Source: a virus
Taxonomy: Duplodnaviria > Caudoviricetes
Length of the DNA: 36,447 bases
IMG/VR virus record: IMGVR_UViG_3300037631_000806
Location: 1-36,447 of that record
Reading direction: 5' to 3' (one strand)
The notes beneath the pieces were generated by a model that was not told where the DNA came from, made no database searches, and saw nothing but the letters and a program-made list of their open reading frames with translations. Below are positions 36,446-36,447 of this stretch, one piece after another. Position numbers and translations under genes: made by a program. Within the stretch, counting starts at the first letter, position 1. Every line of letters starts with the position of its first letter.

Positions 36446-36447
36446 TG

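Noticed and set aside
1-36447. tRNA genes, DGR/retron, introns/inteins, stop-codon reassignment
   Set aside because: No cloverleaf, reverse transcriptase or homing-endonuclease motifs seen by eye; genes tile completely under the standard code, with TAA, TAG and TGA all used as stops.

Overview
AT-rich dsDNA tailed-phage (podovirus-like) sequence with two convergent arms, cut mid-gene at both ends. The + arm (1-28224) runs: large terminase (N-terminus extends past the left edge and carries an HTH), portal, five putative internal-virion/ejection proteins (2223-aa protein with a HEXXH motif, a PG-binding protein, a lytic transglycosylase), scaffold, SU10/DUF5309-type major capsid, adaptor/nozzle, a short tail-fibre/Gly-rich module, two tandem paralogous accessory genes, a secreted acidic Thr/Pro-linker protein and a lysis cassette (DUF5675-like enzyme plus holins). 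The - arm (28275-36447) holds a Rad52/Sak-like annealase, a metallophosphoesterase, a VWA + MoxR-type AAA+ pair and many small proteins, several with Zn-finger motifs. The best candidate for something undescribed is a ~365-nt non-coding region (33635-33999) with three long hairpins that each begin GUAGCUU and whose mismatches mostly become G-U pairs on the transcribed strand. Other notable items are a structured leader with a possible pseudoknot before scaffold/capsid and a gene that appears to start at ATA inside an ATAG stop/start overlap. Leaderless-type promoters, an r1t-like holin and no recognisable spanins suggest a low-GC actinobacterial host (inference). All family calls come from motif recognition by eye; no searches were run.
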